Of a stretch of 64,000 nucleotides of DNA, positions 60,901-64,000 are shown piece after piece. The translations under genes and the position numbers were made by a program. Origin of the DNA: Lama guanicoe (Eukaryota); NCBI GenBank assembly GCA_013239625.1, contig MU053431.1, forward strand, positions 2,632,485 to 2,696,484, read 5' to 3'. Each line of letters begins with the position of its first letter. Position 1 is the stretch's first letter. The notes under the pieces are model-generated. The model made no database searches, had not been told where the DNA came from, and worked only from the letters and a program-made list of their open reading frames with translations.

Positions 60901-63900
60901 CCTGGGGGGATGGGGGCAGAAGTGGGGCTTCTACCAGTGCTTCTCGGGACCGGTGTGGAAACGGAGGGGGCCCCCTGGCGGTGGGCCGGGGTGTGTCCAG
61001 GAGGGCTTGCTGGCAGAAGGAGACTGGTAGGTCTGGGAAGGTAAACTTGGCTGCCCAACCCCCGTGCCTCTGACGGCTCATCCCCCGCTCCTTGCTGATC
61101 CCTCTTCACCTCTGACCTCTAATCGGAAGGCCCACCCCCCCACCCACATGCTCATGGCTCAGTCTCCAAACCCAGCCTGGCACCTGGCACCTCCTCATCG
61201 GGTCCACTTGCACCCACTCCTCTGCCTGGGCCCATCTCAGCAGGAGGTGGAGGACCTGGGGGTCCCAGGGAGAGGGCCCTGCCTGGTTCTAGGAGGGTCT
61301 GTGTGTCAGGCGTTTAGCCCAGAGCAGCGAGTGGGCCCTCTCTGGGGATGGGTATGGGGCTTGTCTTTGGGGCTCCCCTACTGGGTGGTGGCCAGTATGT
61401 GTTGGTTCTTTCGAGCCCCACCGCCCCAGTGCCATGTTCCTTCTTTCACCTATCGGGTGTCTGGGGACCAGGGACACGGCAGAGGAAGGAACACAGGCCT
61501 TGGTCTCCAGGCTGAACAGTTCGTGGGAGACAAGACACCTCACAGACAGTCCGTGTGTGTCTGTGTGTGTGATCTGTCCTGTGCCCAGTGTGTGCACACG
61601 TGGGTAGCTTCACGCATCCCCGTGACTCAGGTTGTATGCCTGTGCACACCTGAGACACAGCAAAGAGGAGGTGGTGTCAAGTCGGGTCTGTGGGTATGGC
61701 CAGGTTCACACAAATGCCCTGGAGGAGAACCCCATGGTTTCATGTCACCCTCCAGGGTGGCATAGGGGGGTCTGTGTGCCCGGGCACACAGACCTGGGGG
61801 AAGTTCCTTGGAAGAAGAAGTTCCCAGGGTTGGGTGGGGTCCACGAGGGGCCTTGAGTGGGCCATGAGCGTCCTGAGCAAGGTTCCGGGGTCGTGAACTC
61901 ATGAGGGGCCCTGGGACCAGGAACTTCTAAGGTGGGAAGTGGGTCAGTCAGTGCTTCTCCAGCTTGAGCCCTGGTGAGGGTGGGACCTGCTTACAGCCCC
62001 CACAAGTGAGGACCACTCTCCAGGACTGACCACAGTCCCACTCTGGCTGATTCATGGTTGTGGCCAGAACCAACCGGCCCTCCTGGGAGGAGTGGTGGAT
62101 GCCTAGCCGGCAGCTGGTCTGTGGCTCACTCCCACCACCTAGAGGCTTCTGCACAATGTGGGTACTGCAGGTTGCAAGGCAAGGTCACCCCGTGGGACTC
62201 CCACTTCCCACTCCCCCTGCAAGGGGTCACCTCCCCCTGCCACGGTGGTGGCTTCTATGCAGGACTGCCCTGTATCAGGGTTCAGGGAAGGGCTATAGCC
62301 CCCAGGTCCCCAGCTCAGAAGCTGCCTCCCTGCCTCCTCTGCCACCCACCCCCACCCGGCCGTCCTGTCCATTCGCTCTGCCCTGTCACCCGTCCTACCC
62401 CGGGCCAGGCTCCCCAAGCTGGGACCTCCTCCCACAGGGCCCATTACTCTCGAAGGCCATGGCGTCCCTTTGTCTGCAGCTTCGGGGCTCCAGCCGAGGT
62501 CCACTGAGACACGCGAGGGTCCTGGTGAGCTGTCTCTGTAGCCCTTGCCAGGGACGCCTGAAGTCAAGGCTTCTCCTGAAGGAGGGGGGCCCAAGGTGGG
62601 TGGCCTGGATTTCCACTCTGGCTGGGCAGTGGCAGGGCCCGGTGCTCAGCTGACAGCACCTCCTCGCCTCTGTGTCCTCGCTTTGGTGCCCCATCACGGG
62701 GCAGTGCTCAAAGCAAGACTCAGTGTTACCAGAAGACCAGTTACACTGACAACACAGTTATCATATTAGTTCCTAAAACATGTGATGTAGAAACTGAGGT
62801 GCCTCTTATCACTGCAGTCCCAGCAGCACTGAGTGACAGCAGGACGTGGGGGCGTCAGCGGGATGACCACGGCACAAAGTGGCTCTAGTGTGTGCTGGGC
62901 TCGGTCCCAGCACTGTTACTGCTTCCTTTGTAACTAAAGGGACAGTATCCCCCACCTCCCGAGATCAAAGCAAAGGAGACGGAGAGACCTTCCCACTGGG
63001 TTTCTTTTCTGATGGGAAGGTTGGTCCCTGACTCCCTCTCACCCGCCCCAGTCCCCCGCAGTCAGTCCCTGTCCTGCGACTGCCTCTGTCCCTCTCAGCA
63101 GCCTGGATACGGGCACAGGGGCTGGGGTACAGACTCCTGACCACCACTCACCTACCTACCAGCTCTACATTCTCTGCACTCTCAGAACACAGCCCCCAGC
63201 CCCCTTAGCCCCCGCCCTCCTCTGGGTGCCCAATGCTCAGTGTCCACCTGGGTGGCTGGAGGCCTGTGCCTCTGCTTCGTGTGGACAGAGGACAAAAGCC
63301 CCAGGGCCCCACCCCTGGGGATACAGAAGGCAGGGGGTCTTCCTTGTTAACCAGCTCCCCAACCCAGCCACACACAGAAGCCTCCCTTCCTCAAAGCCCT
63401 GGCACTGGATGGGGGCAGCCCCTCGCAGGGTGGTCTGCCCAGCACGGGAGGGGCGAGTTCTCAGGCTGGTTTTCCCAGGTGCCTGCACATCCAGACCTTT
63501 CCTGAGCACTTTGTCCTCATCTGTCCTGTGGAAATCAGGTTGGGATTGGCCTCAGGGCTGGCTCCTGAACAGTGACCTGCTCCTGGGGGCTAAGCTGACC
63601 GACCAGACCCTGCCTTAACTGGTGCCTCCACCGGGGCCGGACATGTGGCTCAAACCCTTCCACAAGCCCCAGTGATGCTTCTGAGAGGCCTGTCCTCATC
63701 CTCTCCTTTCTGACTCCAATCTTAGGGACTGGAAGCTGTTTGAGGTTTCTCGGACACGTATTTGCCTGCTCCGGAGGGTCAAGGCCAAGTGCTCTGCTCC
63801 ATGTGGGTATCCCTCTGCTCCAGCCTTGGTCAGAAGCCATGGCTGAACTCAGCATTTCACAGCGCCCTGTTATGGTGCTAGGGGGTCTCCCGAAGGGAAA

Positions 63901-64000
63901 TTACCGCCAATCAGTCCTTGAATCAACTTAACCCTGTGTGTCGGGGGGGCCTAACTGGGCAGCCTCCATGTATACCTGCCTGTGTGGAGGCTCCTTCCTC

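Noticed and set aside
55000..64000. TCEA2 coding exons expected from synteny, and many 60-270 aa ORFs
   Set aside because: No TFIIS-like peptide found. The ORFs are low-complexity products of GC-rich non-coding DNA.

Overview
GC-rich mammalian genomic DNA, probably camelid, judging by six copies of a Vic-1-like tRNA-derived SINE. The gene order matches the human 20q13.33 block. It runs: SAMD10 exon 1 (-), a divergent CpG-island promoter region, complete PRPF6 (+, 21 coding exons, 2606-39494, 2826 nt = 941 aa + stop, all GT-AG), the C20orf204 orthologue (+, about 41938-44262) and SOX18 (-, 2 exons, 387 aa). About 9 kb of SOX18 upstream sequence follows. The introns carry L1, SINE and Tigger-like relics, an MLT1-like LTR lies between C20orf204 and SOX18, and there is one 27-N assembly gap. 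Main leads: (1) the 'uncharacterised' C20orf204 protein looks like a secreted IL-7/TSLP-family four-helix cytokine, based on its signal peptide, Cys/Trp motifs and a matching phase-0 intron; (2) in this genome its likely ancestral stop sits 1 nt out of frame, extending the protein to 243 aa; (3) a 128-bp, about 93% identical inverted repeat lies 36 nt after the PRPF6 exon 11 donor; (4) a roughly 700-codon antisense ORF spans C20orf204; (5) the SOX18 intron is in frame and stop-free; (6) candidate endothelial and RFX/RBPJ enhancers flank SOX18. All comparisons with human proteins and repeat families are from memory, not from database searches.
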